The translations under genes and the position numbers were made by a program. From Eledone cirrhosa (Eukaryota): 64,000 bases of DNA. The notes below the pieces were generated by a model that was not told the origin of the DNA, did no database searches, and worked only from the letters and a program-made list of their open reading frames with translations. The stretch spans positions 162,626,001 to 162,690,000 of the forward strand of contig OZ024741.1 in assembly GCA_964016885.1 (NCBI GenBank), in the 5' to 3' direction. This document shows, piece by piece, positions 15,678-35,510 of this stretch. Each line of letters begins with the position of its first letter. Positions within the stretch are counted from its first letter, which is position 1.

Positions 15678-16772
15678 CAATAGTAGCAGCAGCAATGACT
15701 AAGGGAAGTTATAAGACATACCACGAGTGATTCACAACAAATCCTGTGATTTGTGACGTTTATTATGTAGCGATGTTAAATGGTTCCATGCTGAACAATT
15801 GAGATTTGGTTTAACACCATCGTCTTTAGAATGTCTTTAGCGGAGTCCACTTAGTTGCAAGTATTCGGATCAGGTCTTCGGTTTAAGGATACCCTTCTCC
15901 TTCTCATCAGTCATACAGGCCCTGGAAAGTGTCATGGGTGCTGCTTTTCTTTCCATGATCAGACAGAAAAACAGATACATAGTAAAAACATTAAAAATCT
16001 ATTGAGACCGAAGCGCTTCTCGTTCAAAAAATTCAACTAATTTTGTGACATTACACACAAAGAAGCTTCTAGTGCACGCTCAACTTGCTTGCTAGAAATA
16101 GGAACCAATTTTTTTTATCAAAACATACTTTAAAATATAACGAGGGATACCTTGAATAATTTAGCCCGATGTATTGTATGCCTGAGAAAAAAAAAGAGAA
16201 ATGGGATGATTTTGATTATATCTCTGCTCGATCAATGCCAGCTTGGGGCTAACTAACTTCTTCATCGTCAACAACAACAAAAGCAATAACAGCTGATTAA
16301 AAAAGCAAACTTATCATTTTGATGTTTACGATTCGCTAAAATCAAAATGAAGTCTGTGGCAAGCTAGAAATAGTTAATATTGTGATATTAGGCGCAAACT
16401 TCTAAAATGGGTACACATTCAAGTGTTTTTTTGTTAATAATTAGCTGGAATTCTATTAAGCCAAAAATAAAATAGAACTAATGTACCATAAAAAAGTCAC
16501 TTAAATACATTCTAAACAAAGCTGGGACAAATAAAATAAATAAAAGGACGTAAAAAAAGTATTTTGATTTATTTCAATTCCTTAGTTGCAGATTATATCG
16601 CTCTTGAGAATTGAAGCACCTGAAAGTCATTCTGGTATTAAAAATTTTTTCGATAAATGTTTTCTGTCCACTTTGTTCAAACAAAAGAAACTTCTTCTCT
16701 AAACTCTGAACATTTGACTAGAGGCATAATATTGAATGAAGAGTTTTGTTCCTCACTCGTACCTAGCAGTGT

Positions 16773-17010
16773 TACACACACACACACACACACACGCACG
16801 CACGCGCACGCACACACACACACACACACGCACGCACACACACACACGCACACACACACACACACCCACACACACACACACACGCGCGCACACACACACG
16901 CACGCACGCACACACACACACACACACACATACGCACGCACGCACGCACGCACACGCACACATACACACATACACCCCCCACACACATACACCCCCCCAC
17001 ACACATACAC

Positions 17011-17065
<55 letters not shown>

Positions 17066-17169
17066 CGCACACACACACACACATGCGCACACACACACAC
17101 GCACACACATACACACACACACATGCACACACACACACACACACGCGCACGCACACACACACACACACA

Positions 17170-17203
<34 letters not shown>

Positions 17204-17215
17204 GAGAGAGAGAGG
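16773..17215. repeat. (CA)n compound microsatellite
   Basis: Direct reading. Confidence 0.95.
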
Positions 17216-17339
17216 AGGTAAGATAAAACAAACTTTTCCGTTTATCATCTACTGTCATTGGGTGGCCTCAGCTTTTTGATAAATGTTCACATAGATACAC
17301 ATTCCTATGCATGCACATTGTATATTTACAGATTTATGT

Positions 17340-19003
17340 ATTTTTTCGTGTGTGTATGTGTGTATGTATGTATGTATGTATGTATGTATGTATGTATGTA
17401 TGTATGTTTACTCTTTCTCTTAATTTCGAGTATATTTTTTTTGACCGGCCACCTTCCTGGTGGCAAGGTTGTAAAAGAAAAGAAATTGTCATCCCTTGAA
17501 TCGCAAGAATGTTTTGCAAATTTTGAAGGTGCCAGCTATCGCAGTCATTTGTAGACTATGAATTAGGGAGCTGCGCTTTTTGTATGTATGTATGTATGTA
17601 TGTATGTATGTATGTATGTATGTATGTATGTATGCATGTATGTATGTATGTATGTACGTATGTATGTATGTTTGAATGTGTGTATGTATGTACGTATGTA
17701 TGTATGTTTGAATGTATATGTATTTTTTTCGTGTGTGTATGTATGTATGTATGTATGTATGTATGTATGTATGTATGTATGTTTGAATGTATGTATGTTT
17801 GAATGTATGTATGTATTTTTTTCGTGTGTGTATGTATGTATGTATGTATGTATGTATGTATGTATGTACGTATGTATGTATGTATGTATGTATGTATGTA
17901 TGTATGTATGTATGTATGTATGTACGTATGTATGTATGTTTGAATGTGTGTATGTATGTACGTATGTATGTATGTTTGAATGTATATGTATTTTTTTCGT
18001 GTGTGTATGTATGTATGTATGTATGTATGTATGTATGTATGTATGTATGTATGTATGTATGTACGTATGTATGTATGCATGTATGTATGTACGTATGTAT
18101 GTATGTTTGAATGTGTGTATGTATGTACGTATGTATGTATGTTTGAATGTATGTATGTATTTTTTTCGTGTGTGTATGTATGTATGTATGTATGTATGTA
18201 TGGCCATCCAAAATCACCGGGAGAGATGACCCCTTAGCCTTTGTCAAGGCAGAATTCTAGGAGAAGGAAAACTCTGATATAACACCTGCAACCCTGATTG
18301 TATCCAATGATGTTGACTTGTTCTTCTTTTTGATAAATATCATCTTGGTTAAGAGAGTGGGACTGGCTTTGTGCAGTGCCTTTGCTCACTATAAAAGCTT
18401 CACGGCACAGGCATTGCTTTATATCTGGAGATCTCTCTGCACTTGTCGTCACGTGGTACCATGGGCCTAGCACTATGTGTCAATAATTGTCACAGGTGTA
18501 GTGTTTGTACCAGAGTTTTCAAGTCGCTGGCTGGACTAAAAAGTCACACTCGTTCAGCGCGTCGGTAGGGGTTCTCCTACATGGATATAAAGTAGTGGCC
18601 GTACTCGAAAACGAGTTGGCAGCCACCATGTATGTATGTATGTATGTATGTATGTATGTATGTATGTATGTATGTATGTATGTATGTACGTATGTATGTA
18701 TGTTTGAATGTATGTATGTATTTTTTTCGTGTGTGTATGTATGTATGTATGTATGTATGTATGTATGTATGTATGTATGTATGTATGTACGTATGTATGT
18801 ATGTATGCATGTATGTATGTACGTATGTATGTATGTTTGAATGTGTGTATGTATGTACGTATGTATGTATGTTTGAATGTATGTATGTATTTTTTTCGTG
18901 TGTGTATGTATGTATGTATGTATGTATGTATGTATGTACGTATGTATGTATGTACGTATGTATGTATGTTTGAATGTGTGTATGTATGTATGCATGTATG
19001 TAT
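17340..19003. repeat. (TATG)n tracts with recurring tttgaatg / ttttttcgtgtg interruptions
   Basis: Direct reading. Three blocks separated by unique DNA at 17410-17580 and 18200-18628. Confidence 0.9.
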
Positions 19004-19084
19004 CTACTGTACATTTTTCTATCAGAATATATGTATTGTGTCTATCTATGTTTGTGCGTCTATCTGTGCATAAAGCCGTCACTC

Positions 19085-19290
19085 AGTATCGGTAGAGGGT
19101 CGGACACTATGCTTTGCAACAAAGAGTTACGGCCCTTTATGATCTGAGTTCAAATCCCGCCGAGGTTAACTTTGTCTTTCATCCTTACGGGGTCAGTAAA
19201 ATAAAGTACCAGTCACGCACTGGAGTCGATTTAATCGACTTTCCTCTCCGCCCAAATTGCTGGCCTTGTGCCTATATAAGAAACCATTAT
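19085..19290 (+). mobile_element. tRNA-derived SINE
   Basis: Same consensus, B-box gagttcaaatcc. Confidence 0.85.
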
Positions 19291-19585
19291 CTATATACTA
19301 GTAAAACTCTGTGATTGTGTGCTTGTCTGTAATTTAATACAGCCAAAATGGCGCATAATGGGAAAATACTTTTAAAGGAAGTTGCCCCTGAAATAGGAAT
19401 ACAAATGGATTAAAACAAGTTTTGCGTAAATTGGAGTACAAGATCCGAGATACGCGGTTTTTTTCCGGGTACCTTCATAGAGAGAGAGAGAGAGAGATAG
19501 AGAGAGAGAGAATAGACTGAAAGAGAGACAGAGCGATGGAGAGAGATAGTCTGTGAGAGAGAGAGAGAGAGAGAGAGAGAAAGGG

Positions 19586-19795
<210 letters not shown>

Positions 19796-19797
19796 GG

Positions 19798-19830
<33 letters not shown>

Positions 19831-20060
19831 TGGTTGTGGTGTTGAATGAAATTATAACTGCCGACTTCAAAGAAGCGAATACAGGTGACTGAATATTAAG
19901 TCATGTATCATATAACTTGTGTTAGGACCGGGTGTGTGTAGCGAATATTTCCTGCTAAATAGGAAGGGTTTATAAGTATGTGTGTATAAGAGTGTGTATG
20001 TATATATATGTGTGTGTGTATTTCTGTGACCTGTCTATATAGGTCACAGACAACCACATA

Positions 20061-20169
<109 letters not shown>

Positions 20170-20254
20170 TGGTCTTCCAATTTCATTTTACATTATATAC
20201 AGGTTTGTGTATATTATTATTTTTAAGTGAGCGTGACCCAACGGGTCTATCTCA

Positions 20255-21395
20255 GAATCCCCCAGCTCTCACTAGGCCACCAAAATCTCTACCCCTCTCT
20301 ATATTCCACTACACTCCTCACTCTCTTTCACTATTTCCCCTCTCTCACTAGACCACCAATCAATTTCCCCTTGTCTATATCCTATTATATACTTCACTCT
20401 CTCTCACTCTGCCACAAAATTCTCTCCCCCTCTCTATATACCACTACATACCTCACCCCCGTCTCTCACTCCCTTAATTTCCCCCGTCTCATTAAACCCT
20501 CAAACTCTCTCCCCTTCTCTCTATCCTACTACATACCCCAGTCTCTCTCACAATTCTCCCTCTCTCACTAGACCCCCAAATTCACTCCCTCTCTCTCTGT
20601 ACCACTACGTACCTCAATCTCTCTCAATTCCCTCTCTCTCTCACTAAAGCAATAATCTATCTCCCTATCTCTATATCCCACTACATACCTCACACTCTTT
20701 CACAATTCCCTCTCTCTCACTAAGCCTCCAAATGCTCCCTCCCCTCTCTATATATACTACTACATAACTTACTTTATTTCAATGTCTTAATTTCCCCCCT
20801 CTCTTACTAAGCAAACAAATACTCTCCCGCTCTCTATATCCAAATACATACCTCCCTCTCGCTCACATTTCCCCCTCTCTCACTAGACCACCAAATTCTC
20901 TACCCCTCTTCATATTCCACTGTATAACTCACTCTCTTTCACTCTCTTAATTTCCCCCCTCTCTTACTAAGCAAAAAAATTCTCTCCCGCTCTCTGTATC
21001 CCACTACATGCAACACACTCTCTCACATTCCCCTCTCTCGCTAGACCACCAAATTCTCCCCCTCTATATATTCCAGTACATACCTCACTCTCTTTCATTC
21101 CCTTAACCCACCCTCTCTCACAAGACCAATAAACTTTTATCCCTCTATATAACCCGCTACATACCTCACTCTCTTTCACAACTATCCCTCTCTCACTAGA
21201 CCACCAAATTCTCTTCCCCTCTCTATATTCTACTACATACCTCACTCTCTATCACTCTCTTAATTCTCCCTCTCTCACTAGAGCAACAAATTCTCTTCCC
21301 CTCTCTATATTCCTCTACATACCTCACTCTCTTTCACTCTCTTAATTCTTTCTCTCTCACTAGAGCAACACATTCTCTCCCCTCTCTATATTCCA
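20255..21395. repeat. degenerate pyrimidine-rich minisatellite, ~65-80-bp unit
   Basis: Recurring ctctctcactagaccaccaaattctc...ctctctatattccactacatacctcactctc. Confidence 0.85.
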
Positions 21396-21976
21396 AAATT
21401 TCATGCAGTGTGATCGAACCCGGACCCTAAAGATTGCAAAGCAAACTCCTTAACAATTCGGCCTTATGGTGTCCACTACGAGGATTATTTTTTTTTAAAG
21501 ATGATTTTAAAAAAAATCTTCATTGAATCTTTTAATAGCAAGTAAATACTGTTTGATAAGCACTAAATGAATACTCTCTGCTTTCCCAAATTGTTTAAAA
21601 TTAACATATAGTGGCAAACGTCCGACTGATTACATCACGCAAGTCATTTAGATAACCATATCATTTATTTACAGAATTCCATACTGAATTTCTTTTAAAA
21701 ATAACCAACAAAATCAATTCTCCAATACTCTATTAGAAATATTAGCTCATTGTCATTTATAAGATTTATAAAGTTCAGAATTTTGTGTGTGCATGTGTAT
21801 GTATGTTTGTATCTGTATCTGTTTATCTACACACACACACACACACACACACGCCCCCCCCACATATATATAATGTTTATATTGCATATCAGTACATTGT
21901 CATTTGTGACTTTCATAAAGTTCAGAGCTGTGTGAATGTTTGATTGTATCGATATCTGCTTATATATATATATATA

Positions 21977-23655
21977 TTTATTAAAATAACAGATTAAAGT
22001 TTAAGCAAAGAATCGCTGCTTTCACCCTTAACGGGATCTTCTGAAACTAACAAAGTCAATCTGTAAACGCAGAAGTGAATATTTCAAAAAACGTTGCAAC
22101 CGGAGGAAGACAGGAAGACGATACTTTGGTTCGTGGAAACGTTCCCTATGCAAATAAGTAATGGTATAAACAAAACATATACTTAGCTACCACATCAAGA
22201 CGTAAAATATCCACGTATAGATCGTACTATCCGTTAGGGTATAACGTGGGGCTATAATACAGGAAAGTTTTGTGCAATTTATGTTTACAAGCCGAAATTG
22301 CCTCACATTTTTTGTTTAAGATGTGGTCTGTGGCGTAGAGTATTTCCAGGGCCTCAGCGGCGCAGAGGTCACATGGTCTTTTATTTCCGTTATACGATCT
22401 AGCCCTAGCTAGGATCTCCCAGTGTAACTTATATTGGGTGTGTTTGTCTTTTAGACTCCAGATATAAGCTGAAAGTGACGTCATATTTCTTCTTACAGGG
22501 TAACGAAAAGAATGGGTATGCATCTATCTACTAACGAGCATATTTTCAACGACCATTCCACTTATTACAATGAAGCTCTTGCTCGGAGTGGATTTGTCGA
22601 TAAGGTAGCATATACAGAGTACGAAAATAGACCTAGAAGAAATAGATCCCGTCGCATTTGTTGGTATAACCCACCATATAATATGGAGGTGGCCACACCA
22701 TTAGCTAAGATATTTCTTTCCCTTATTACGAAGCATTTTCCCCTACACATAAATATAGTAAAATTTTTAATAGAAATACTATTAAAATTTCTTACTCTAC
22801 GACTTCTAACCTTGCACATAATATCACAGCTTCAAATTTAGCTAAACTACCTAGCCGTAGGAACACGTGCAACCCTGTAGTTAGTACTAACTGTAATTGT
22901 AGGAATCGGGTCGATTGCCCCCTATCCGGGAAATGCCTCTCTAGTGACATTGTCTACAAATGTAAGGTTGAAACACCCACGTCCCGTAGGGCCTACATAG
23001 GGTTAACCGCCAATAGATTCAAGCAGCGTCTTTACATGCATACCCATTCTTTTCGTTACCCTCAAAGAAGGAATATGACGTCACTTTCAGCTTATATCTG
23101 GAGTCTAAAAGACAAACACACCCAATATAAGTTACACTGGGAGATCCTAGCTAGGGCTAGATCGTATAACGGAAATAAAAGACCATGTGACCTCTGCGCC
23201 GCTGAGGCCCTGGAAATACTCTACGCCACAGACCACATCTTAAACAAAAAATGTGAGGCAATTTCGGCTTGTAAACATAAATTGCACAAAACTTTCCTGT
23301 ATTATAGCCCCACGTTATACCCTAACGGATAGTACGATCTATACGTGGATATTTTACGTCTTGATGTGGTAGCTAAGTATATGTTTTGTTTATACCATTA
23401 CTTATTTGCATAGGGAACGTTTCCACGAACCAAAGTATCGTCTTCCTGTCTTCCTCCGGTTGCAACGTTTTCTGCGTTTACAGATTGACTTTGTTAGTTT
23501 CAGATGCCGTTAAGGGTGAAAGCAGCGATTCTTTGCTTAAACTTTAATCTGTTATTTTAATAAATATTTGCTCTACGGTTCTTATATATTTGATATATAT
23601 ATTTATCCTTATCGAGCCCTCTTTGGATTTAGTCTTCAAATTTATTATTATTACT
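21977..23655 (+). mobile_element. 5'-truncated Naiad-type PLE with inverted 3' copy at its 5' end
   Basis: RRICWYNPPY..FLSLITKHFP, CNCRNRVDCPLSGKCL, IVYKC..AYIGLTANRFKQR and CDLC..CKH. 21977-22523 is the reverse complement of ~23034-23565. TA flanks. Confidence 0.9.
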
Positions 23656-23680
23656 ATATATATATATATAAATATATATA

Positions 23681-25005
23681 TCTAATATATATTTGTGAAA
23701 TGGGTGGTGGTTGAAATTCAGTTGTGCACGGTTAAATGGTAGTAGACGTGCTCGGACGGACATGAAAATTTACACACCTATGTAAAAAGTGCTAAGGAAG
23801 CAAATAGACGAGATTTTAAATCTCTAACTGCAAAAATGTGGTCCCCAGGGCCCCCAAACGGTCTATTTACTATCGCTTTCGGTGAGTTATTTCCCCTTGT
23901 TCTAATACTTGGATGAGTTATTTTCCGTAGTCGCTTTCAATATTCATTGTCTTATTTACAATTTCATACACATTTTTAAACTCATCAATTTTTTCATAAC
24001 ATATCAAACACAACGTTCTTTCGCTATTAACATACAGTACCGTTTTATGAAAAATCGATTCTGCAGTACCATTTTACGAAATGCCAAACCGAAAACGGTC
24101 ACTATTTTCCACCAAAAGAAATAAAGCCCTTAAATTGCGAAGAAGGGACGCGTGTTCTCAGGTACGTTTTTTCCGATATCATTTTTATTTTAATTCTAAT
24201 ACATGTTAACCACCACTAACAGTAAGTAGTATTTTTCAAAGTCAAATGAAAAGTTTAAAGAATACATGCATGTAAACTTAATGAATGGGATCTATAAGCC
24301 TGTGGGTTGCCGAGTTAATTAATTCAGTTTTTTTTTAAATATTCATTGTAAACTTAAGGAATGGGATCTATAAGGCCTTTGGTTGCCGAGTTAATTAATT
24401 CAGTTTTTTTAAAAATATTCATTGTCTTATTTAAAATAACATATCGAAGACAACGTTATTTCGCTGTTAATAAACTGTTGCCTTCTACAGTACGTTTCAT
24501 TTTCATTTTCCAATTACAGTTGCTCTATATTAAATTTAAATACTTCTATAACGATCATACAGTACCGTTTTATGAAATCGATTCTGCAGTAGAATTTTAC
24601 GAAATGCCAAACCGAAAAAGGTCACAGTTTTCTAACAAAAGAAATAAAACCCTTACATTGCGAACCCCCTGTTCTAATACTGGGGTTAGTTATTTCCCCC
24701 TCTTCTAATAAACGTCTAATATATAGAGGCCCCTCTTGCTGACCAGGGCAATCAAAGTGTAAACTATCATACAAACCTTCATAATCTGCATTTTCAAACT
24801 TGCACATCATCGACATTGCTATTTCGCTGTTAATAAACAACGCTTTTCACGTTGCTCCATTTCTCATTGTACGTTGTCCAGTCCCAAGTGCATATTTCTA
24901 TTTTTTTTTCCTGAAACTACTTCTTTATAATAAACTTTCAATAATATTTTTCAAATTATTAACTTAATAAAAAGTGGCCCCGGGTGCAACCGGGCTCAGC
25001 TGCTA

Positions 25006-25006
<1 letters not shown>
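23681..25006 (+). mobile_element. non-autonomous Helitron
   Basis: 5' TCTAATATAT; 3' hairpin cccgg-gtgcaa-ccggg followed by CTAG (25003-25006). Inserted between A and T. Contains internal duplications. Confidence 0.75.
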
Positions 25007-25069
<63 letters not shown>

Positions 25070-25668
25070 AACAACGAACAGCGGAGGACACGTTTCGCAC
25101 CTTTCCGACAGACAACCTTTCCCCCACCCCGGAAAAAAACCCCAGTTGATGGATGTGAATCCGAAATATATAGGGACAATTAAATCTCTCCCAAGGTAAC
25201 TCTCTCTCGTGTTGTTATTTTTATTTTTATCCTTTACGCTCTTTCCTTCATTCCTCTACACGTCTTATACACGCCACGCATCTCAACGTACACCCACTTA
25301 CATCTCTCTCTCCACCACCGGATCTTGTTACCCGGAGATTTACCCATTTGCACTGTCGAGGCTTCCAAACGACTTAAAGAAATTTACCTTATTATTCCAC
25401 AATGCTTCAAGCAAACTTCAATACTCTCTTATATATATATATATATATATATATTATTAGACTATATGTATGTGTTTATATATCTGTATTTTTGACCGTT
25501 GGTCAGTCAATGATAAACATTGAGGACCAAATGAATTAAATGTGGAGATATAAAAGATACAGAAGCGAAAACCAACCAAATAGTGAGTGTGTTCTGTTAT
25601 TATTTCTGGCAATATTATTACAACACTATGACCCTCCCCAAGTATAACAATATATATATATATAATGT

Positions 25669-25775
<107 letters not shown>

Positions 25776-26888
25776 AAATGTTTATATTGCTTATCAAACA
25801 TTGCATATGTTTCACAAATGATTTGTTGATTTGTTCCAAACAATTTCATGAATGAGATGGAACACTCTAAAATAAAACTCTTACTAACTTGTGGTTATAC
25901 AAGTCCAGGAGAAATATTCTCTGCCATAAAATCCACCGGATGAAATAATTACAGGCCATCTTTCTGTTGTTTGTTACTAATTTATTAATTCTAGATTTGT
26001 AGAGAACGGCACTTTCTAAAACCCGGTTTGCGAATCTGTGAGTCTCACAAATGCCGATGCAGCTCTACTGTGGACCATTTCAGTCTCTACCCACTGTCAT
26101 CCCGTTATAGTGCTCACCCGCCTCCTACACCATGTTGCTCTCAACGAGATATTTAAACATGGCCTGGATGACACAGGTTTACTTTCCCAGCTCGAACCAG
26201 CGTATAGGCCCCTCATTTTCCCAGCGTATAGGCCCCTGCAACTACCCACAATTCCTTTCTCTATTCCATTTTACTACGGCGTTCCTGACTTTCGACTTAC
26301 CAGTCTGGAACCTACCTGGATTCTATCCATCTCGGACCCTGCTAGACTCGAAAATCCACTCCACTACTTACGAACACACACACGCATAGGCGCACACGCA
26401 TACACTTATGCATGCAACCACACAATACACACCCACAACCACACATCTCTGCCAAATACACACACTAGCATACACATGCTCACACATATGTACGAAGACA
26501 CACCTCCACCAACAACACACTTAACACCCACATGTGCAAACGCATCGTAATGTACACTCCACCAACACCCACCCACCCACTGCACGTCTGCCACCCTCAC
26601 CCGACCCACACACCAGCACGCCGGACCATTACTCCACCCAGCCCTGGTCCCCCCTTTTTATATATTTTCCCTTTTTTCTTTTTCTTTCTAATTTTATTTT
26701 AACAACCTTTTATTTATTTTTATTTGTTATTTGGTAACTTAATTTTCTTTGCAATTTTTGTGTTTTTCCTGATGAAGGACAAATGCCCGATACGTTGACT
26801 ATGTAACTCATTCTTCTTCCTCCAAGCATGAAACTAATATACTACATGCTATTGGATCTTCTTGTTTGTTAGTTTCTTGTTTCCATAA

Positions 26889-30230
<3,342 letters not shown>

Positions 30231-30246
30231 ATATATATATATATAT

Positions 30247-30304
<58 letters not shown>

Positions 30305-30353
30305 GTATATATATATATATATATATATAATGTATATATATATATATATTATG

Positions 30354-30386
<33 letters not shown>

Positions 30387-30407
30387 ATTATGTATATATA
30401 TATATAT

Positions 30408-30496
<89 letters not shown>

Positions 30497-30664
30497 TATA
30501 TATATATGTAAGATAAGATAAAAATACTTGAGTGCGTTAGAGTTAAACACACTCGTCATATTAGAGAAATGACAGTATAAGATATAGCTCAATGCTATCA
30601 AACAGAGCCGAAAAAATTTATATAAAAATTAACAAAGAAGCCTTAATACATTAAAAATCTTTAA

Positions 30665-30709
30665 TTGCTGACAATGTTTCGTCCCATTAATTAGGACTCA
30701 TCAGAGCAA
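30665..30709 (-). ncRNA. minimal type I hammerhead, canonical core
   Basis: ttgct CTGATGA gtcc-taattaatg-ggac GAAA cattg TC agcaa. Confidence 0.88.
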
Positions 30710-33005
30710 GGAAAAAGACTAGAAATATCATCGGCTAGAACAAGCCAAAATTTAGAAGAATAGTGAATGTATATTAAGGAAAATTCAGGAAAATTGTCAT
30801 GGAAAGACATGTTAAACCTAATGGGGGTGAATTTGTAAATAAAGACTATAGGGCAAGAGAGCAAGCAAACATTAAACAAACCGACGTTAAAAGTACAATA
30901 TAAGTCTAATACTTGAAATACAACATAGTAATATAATGCGAGAAATAAGATATAAAAATTATAATATAATATATAATACAATACATAATACAGAAATAAA
31001 AATTTAATATATATATATATCTACACGCACTCCGACACATATATATACACACGCATATACACATTTACACATACGTATGTTAACACACATATATAAATAT
31101 AAGCATTATAATAGAATAATCACCCAGACGGTGTGATTAAACAATACTAAAATCAATGAAAATAATATATTGACATTAAAAAATATATAAATACATCCTA
31201 TGTACCATACATATTCAACAAAACGTGTATAAAAACAATTTTTACCAAAGGGTAAAAAAATAATAATAATACCATACAATACAATAAAGTATGGTGAAAA
31301 AAAAAAAATATATATATAAAGATAATAAATATACGGGGATATAGGCAATTTAAAAACATATAATATTACATATCAATATTTCAATACGAGACACATACAT
31401 ATAATTCAAATACATATAATATTACATATTAATATTTCAATAGCAGACACACAATAGCCAGGGAGAAAGTTTTTAAAACATATTTACACAATATATTCAT
31501 GGACATAAGTGACAGAAGATAGGAACGACAGACAGAAGCAAAGCCTAAGATAGCAAAACAAAGCGAAAACAAAAAACAAACACAAACACAAAATCGCGTA
31601 GGCGCAACAGACTGTTAGGTGAAAATAAAAGATACAACTACTCAAAATCAAAAAATTGAATTGAAACCCTTATTAATTTAATTAATCGTATAATAGTTGA
31701 ATAAACATTATGGGACACTCCATTTGGAACAAAATTTAAGTCACCAATGCCGCTAGAGATTGAGATATTTCAATAAATAAGCTAATACAATCATCGAAGA
31801 TATATTGATTTCCGTTGCGACGACTGACGTTATCCAAAGTAAAAATTACAATTAAAACTATGGTAGACAAAGGGGAACAGAAAGAAGTAAAACTATGGAG
31901 GACAAGAAGGAACATAAAAGTATAATATATATATATATTCAATAAGGCGAAAATTAAGTGTAGAAAGAATAAGGTTCATTAGCCGTAGATGTAGAAGACT
32001 AAAATTAAACTATTAGCTATTCAAGGAGGCAATAAGATACACTCCAACCAAGGATGAATATAAAGATGGAAATATATAAGTCGACAAAGGATGAGTAAAA
32101 ATATAATAATGGACAAGGTGTTAAATAGGGCTAAAACAGCTAAAAGAACTAGAAAACTAAAATCAATAAACCGTAGAAAACTAATAATAATAAAAATAAG
32201 ATTAAAAATAAAAATAAAAATAAAAATAAAAATAAAAATAAAAATAAAAATAAAAATAAAAATAAAAATAAAAATAAAATATAAAATATAAAAGATATCT
32301 AGATAAGACGTCCAAACCAGAGTAGGAAGGTGTGATTCCAAAAAATCAACTACCTGAGCTTTTAGGTTTATAATGGAAGAAGAAATTAGAGATAGCATGT
32401 GGACAGGAAGAAAAGATTCCGATTTCCTATTAAGCAATACGTTCTTAGAGAAAATTATACTATGGAATAAATTATGTTTTTATACAGGTTTTGTTGAATA
32501 TGTATGGTACGTAGGATGTATTTATATATTTTTAATGTCAATATATTATTTTCATTGATTTTAGTATTGTTTAATCACACCGTCTGGGTGATTATTCTAT
32601 TATAATGCTTATATTTATATATTTGTGTTAATATACGTATGTGTAAATGTGTATATGCGTGTGTATATATATGTGTCGGAGTGCGTGTAGATATATATAT
32701 ATATTAAATTTTTATTTCTGTATTATGTATTGTATTGTATTATATATTATATTATAATTTTTATATCTTATTTCTCGCATTATATTACTATGTTGTATTT
32801 CAAGTATTAGACTTATATTGTACTTTTAACGTTGGTTTGTTTAATGTTTGCTTGCTCTCTTGCCCTATAGTCTTTATTTACAAATGCACCCCATTAGGTT
32901 TAACATGTCTTTCCATGACAATTTTCCTGAATTTTCCTTAATATCCATTCACTATTCTTTTAAATTTTGGCTTGTTCTAGCCGATGATATTTCTAGTCTT
33001 TTTCC

Positions 33006-33050
33006 TTGCTCTGATGAGTCCTAATTAATGGGAGGAAACATTGTCAGCAA
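33006..33050 (+). ncRNA. hammerhead, inverted copy with one stem II mutation
   Basis: ttgct CTGATGA gtcctaattaatgggag GAAA cattg TC agcaa. Confidence 0.75.
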
Positions 33051-33090
33051 TTAAAGATTTTTAATGTATTAAGGCTTCTTTGATAATTTT

Positions 33091-33144
<54 letters not shown>

Positions 33145-33383
33145 CAGGTACACATATATATATGTACGTATCAGTTTAGCGGACGTTTATTATAACGCCC
33201 GCTTTGTCCGTTTGTAAACAAACGGACAGCCTGATTTATGCCGTACGGTCTTAAGGCAAGCACGTCACCTTTTTGTTCAACACCGTACGGCATAAATCAG
33301 GCTGTCCGTTTATTTACAAACGGACAAAGCGGGCGTTATAATAAACGTCCGCTAAACTGATACGTACATATATATATGTGTAC

Positions 33384-33440
<57 letters not shown>

Positions 33441-33551
33441 TACTACTGTACGTCTGTATACATATATGTATGTACGTATACATACATACTTACATTTAAG
33501 TAAGTGCCGTACTAAGAGTGAGAAATGAAATTTCGTTTCATCCTATTTCAA

Positions 33552-33555
<4 letters not shown>
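33145..33555. mobile_element. diverged subfamily fragment of the 424-bp retrozyme, fold-back
   Basis: Inverted arms ~33145-33250 / 33282-33390. Shares the ttataataaa hairpin and the ctactgtacgtc..ccgtactaagagtg..aaatgaaat segment. Confidence 0.7.
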
Positions 33556-33605
<50 letters not shown>

Positions 33606-34089
33606 ATATTTATCTGTTTCTCTCTTACTGCTCCCCCGTTCTCTCTGTTTCTCTTACCTTCTTTCGCCCCCTCTGTCAGTTAACACTTTCTCTCGCACTT
33701 CCACTCACTCACTCTCTGTTTCTCCCCTTCTCAATTCCTCCGGTTCGCTAGTAGTGGGGTTCCTTCTTTCTCACACCGCATTCACGGCGTACGGTCTGCT
33801 TCTCTGACCGCTCATGAAATTCACCCAGCTTATGCTGATCGGATAACTATCATGTGGCTTGCTGTTTTCCAACCTTCGGTTTGGTTTTCCTTCTGTTGTT
33901 TACTTGTCTCACTCGCTTTACGCGTTTCACTTGTCCCAATAGCTTATTTTAGTTATTGCTCGCACCAACCTGAGGTATCTGATTTTAAATGCGATGAAAT
34001 ACCTATGATGGTTGTAAAATCACTGATGAGGGACTAATTTTATAATATGTAATCCATGTGCAACCATGCAGTATTCTTCTCCCCTTGTT

Positions 34090-35000
<911 letters not shown>

Positions 35001-35478
35001 ATATACATACATTTATATATATATATAAATATAAATTCAGCGAGAATCGTATTTCGGCTGGTAGAAAAAGCGAAACGAAACGCAAAATCGTAGATATGCT
35101 GGTAAGCGCTCCAATAGTTAAGTAAACTAGAGCCAAACAATATGTTAAAACGCCATACAAACTGAAAAAGTGGTCAAGAAGGCATTAACCACCTAAGCCA
35201 AAAAACAAATCAAGCTAAACAGGTCAAACAAAATAAATGATAAAAACAGACCTGGACCCAAATGGAATTGATGGTAAAATCCCAATGCAGGGTTTGTATG
35301 ACACCTAAATCAATAATACTGTCTGCTTAAAACTATAAGCTTTTAGCATAAAGATCGAACAGGGAATATTACGTTATCAACAGGTATTTTGCTCTGCACC
35401 AACCTTGTGAATAACGTAGAACTTTGTAAAAGCACGTGTAATTCACAAGGGGAGAAACCCCAGATTTATATATATGTG

Positions 35479-35510
<32 letters not shown>

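Larger units (their letters stand above)
30510..33098 (-). mobile_element. Naiad-type PLE 3' end on minus strand with ~630-bp inverted copy
   Basis: Minus strand ~32380-32470 gives SIIFSKNVLLNRKSE/FSSCPH, the end of the ORF. 30603-31240 is mirrored by 32470-33098, with hammerheads in both arms. Confidence 0.75.

Noticed and set aside
16580-16770. Minus-strand peptide [22 protein letters not shown] resembling a hAT transposase end or an exon
   Set aside because: Too short and degenerate to support without a search.
22010-22050. cagaaga tccc-gttaa-gggt gaaa on the minus strand in the PLE 3' region
   Set aside because: Expected position, but the core and stem I are degenerate and the plus copy has a deletion.
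26760-26805. ctgatga aggac-aaat-gccc gata cgttg hammerhead-like motif
   Set aside because: The core is mutated (GATA) and there is no stem I, so at best a relic.
33965-34040. gaaa tacc ta tgat...atca ctgatga gggac as a type II hammerhead
   Set aside because: No convincing stem II or stem III pairing.
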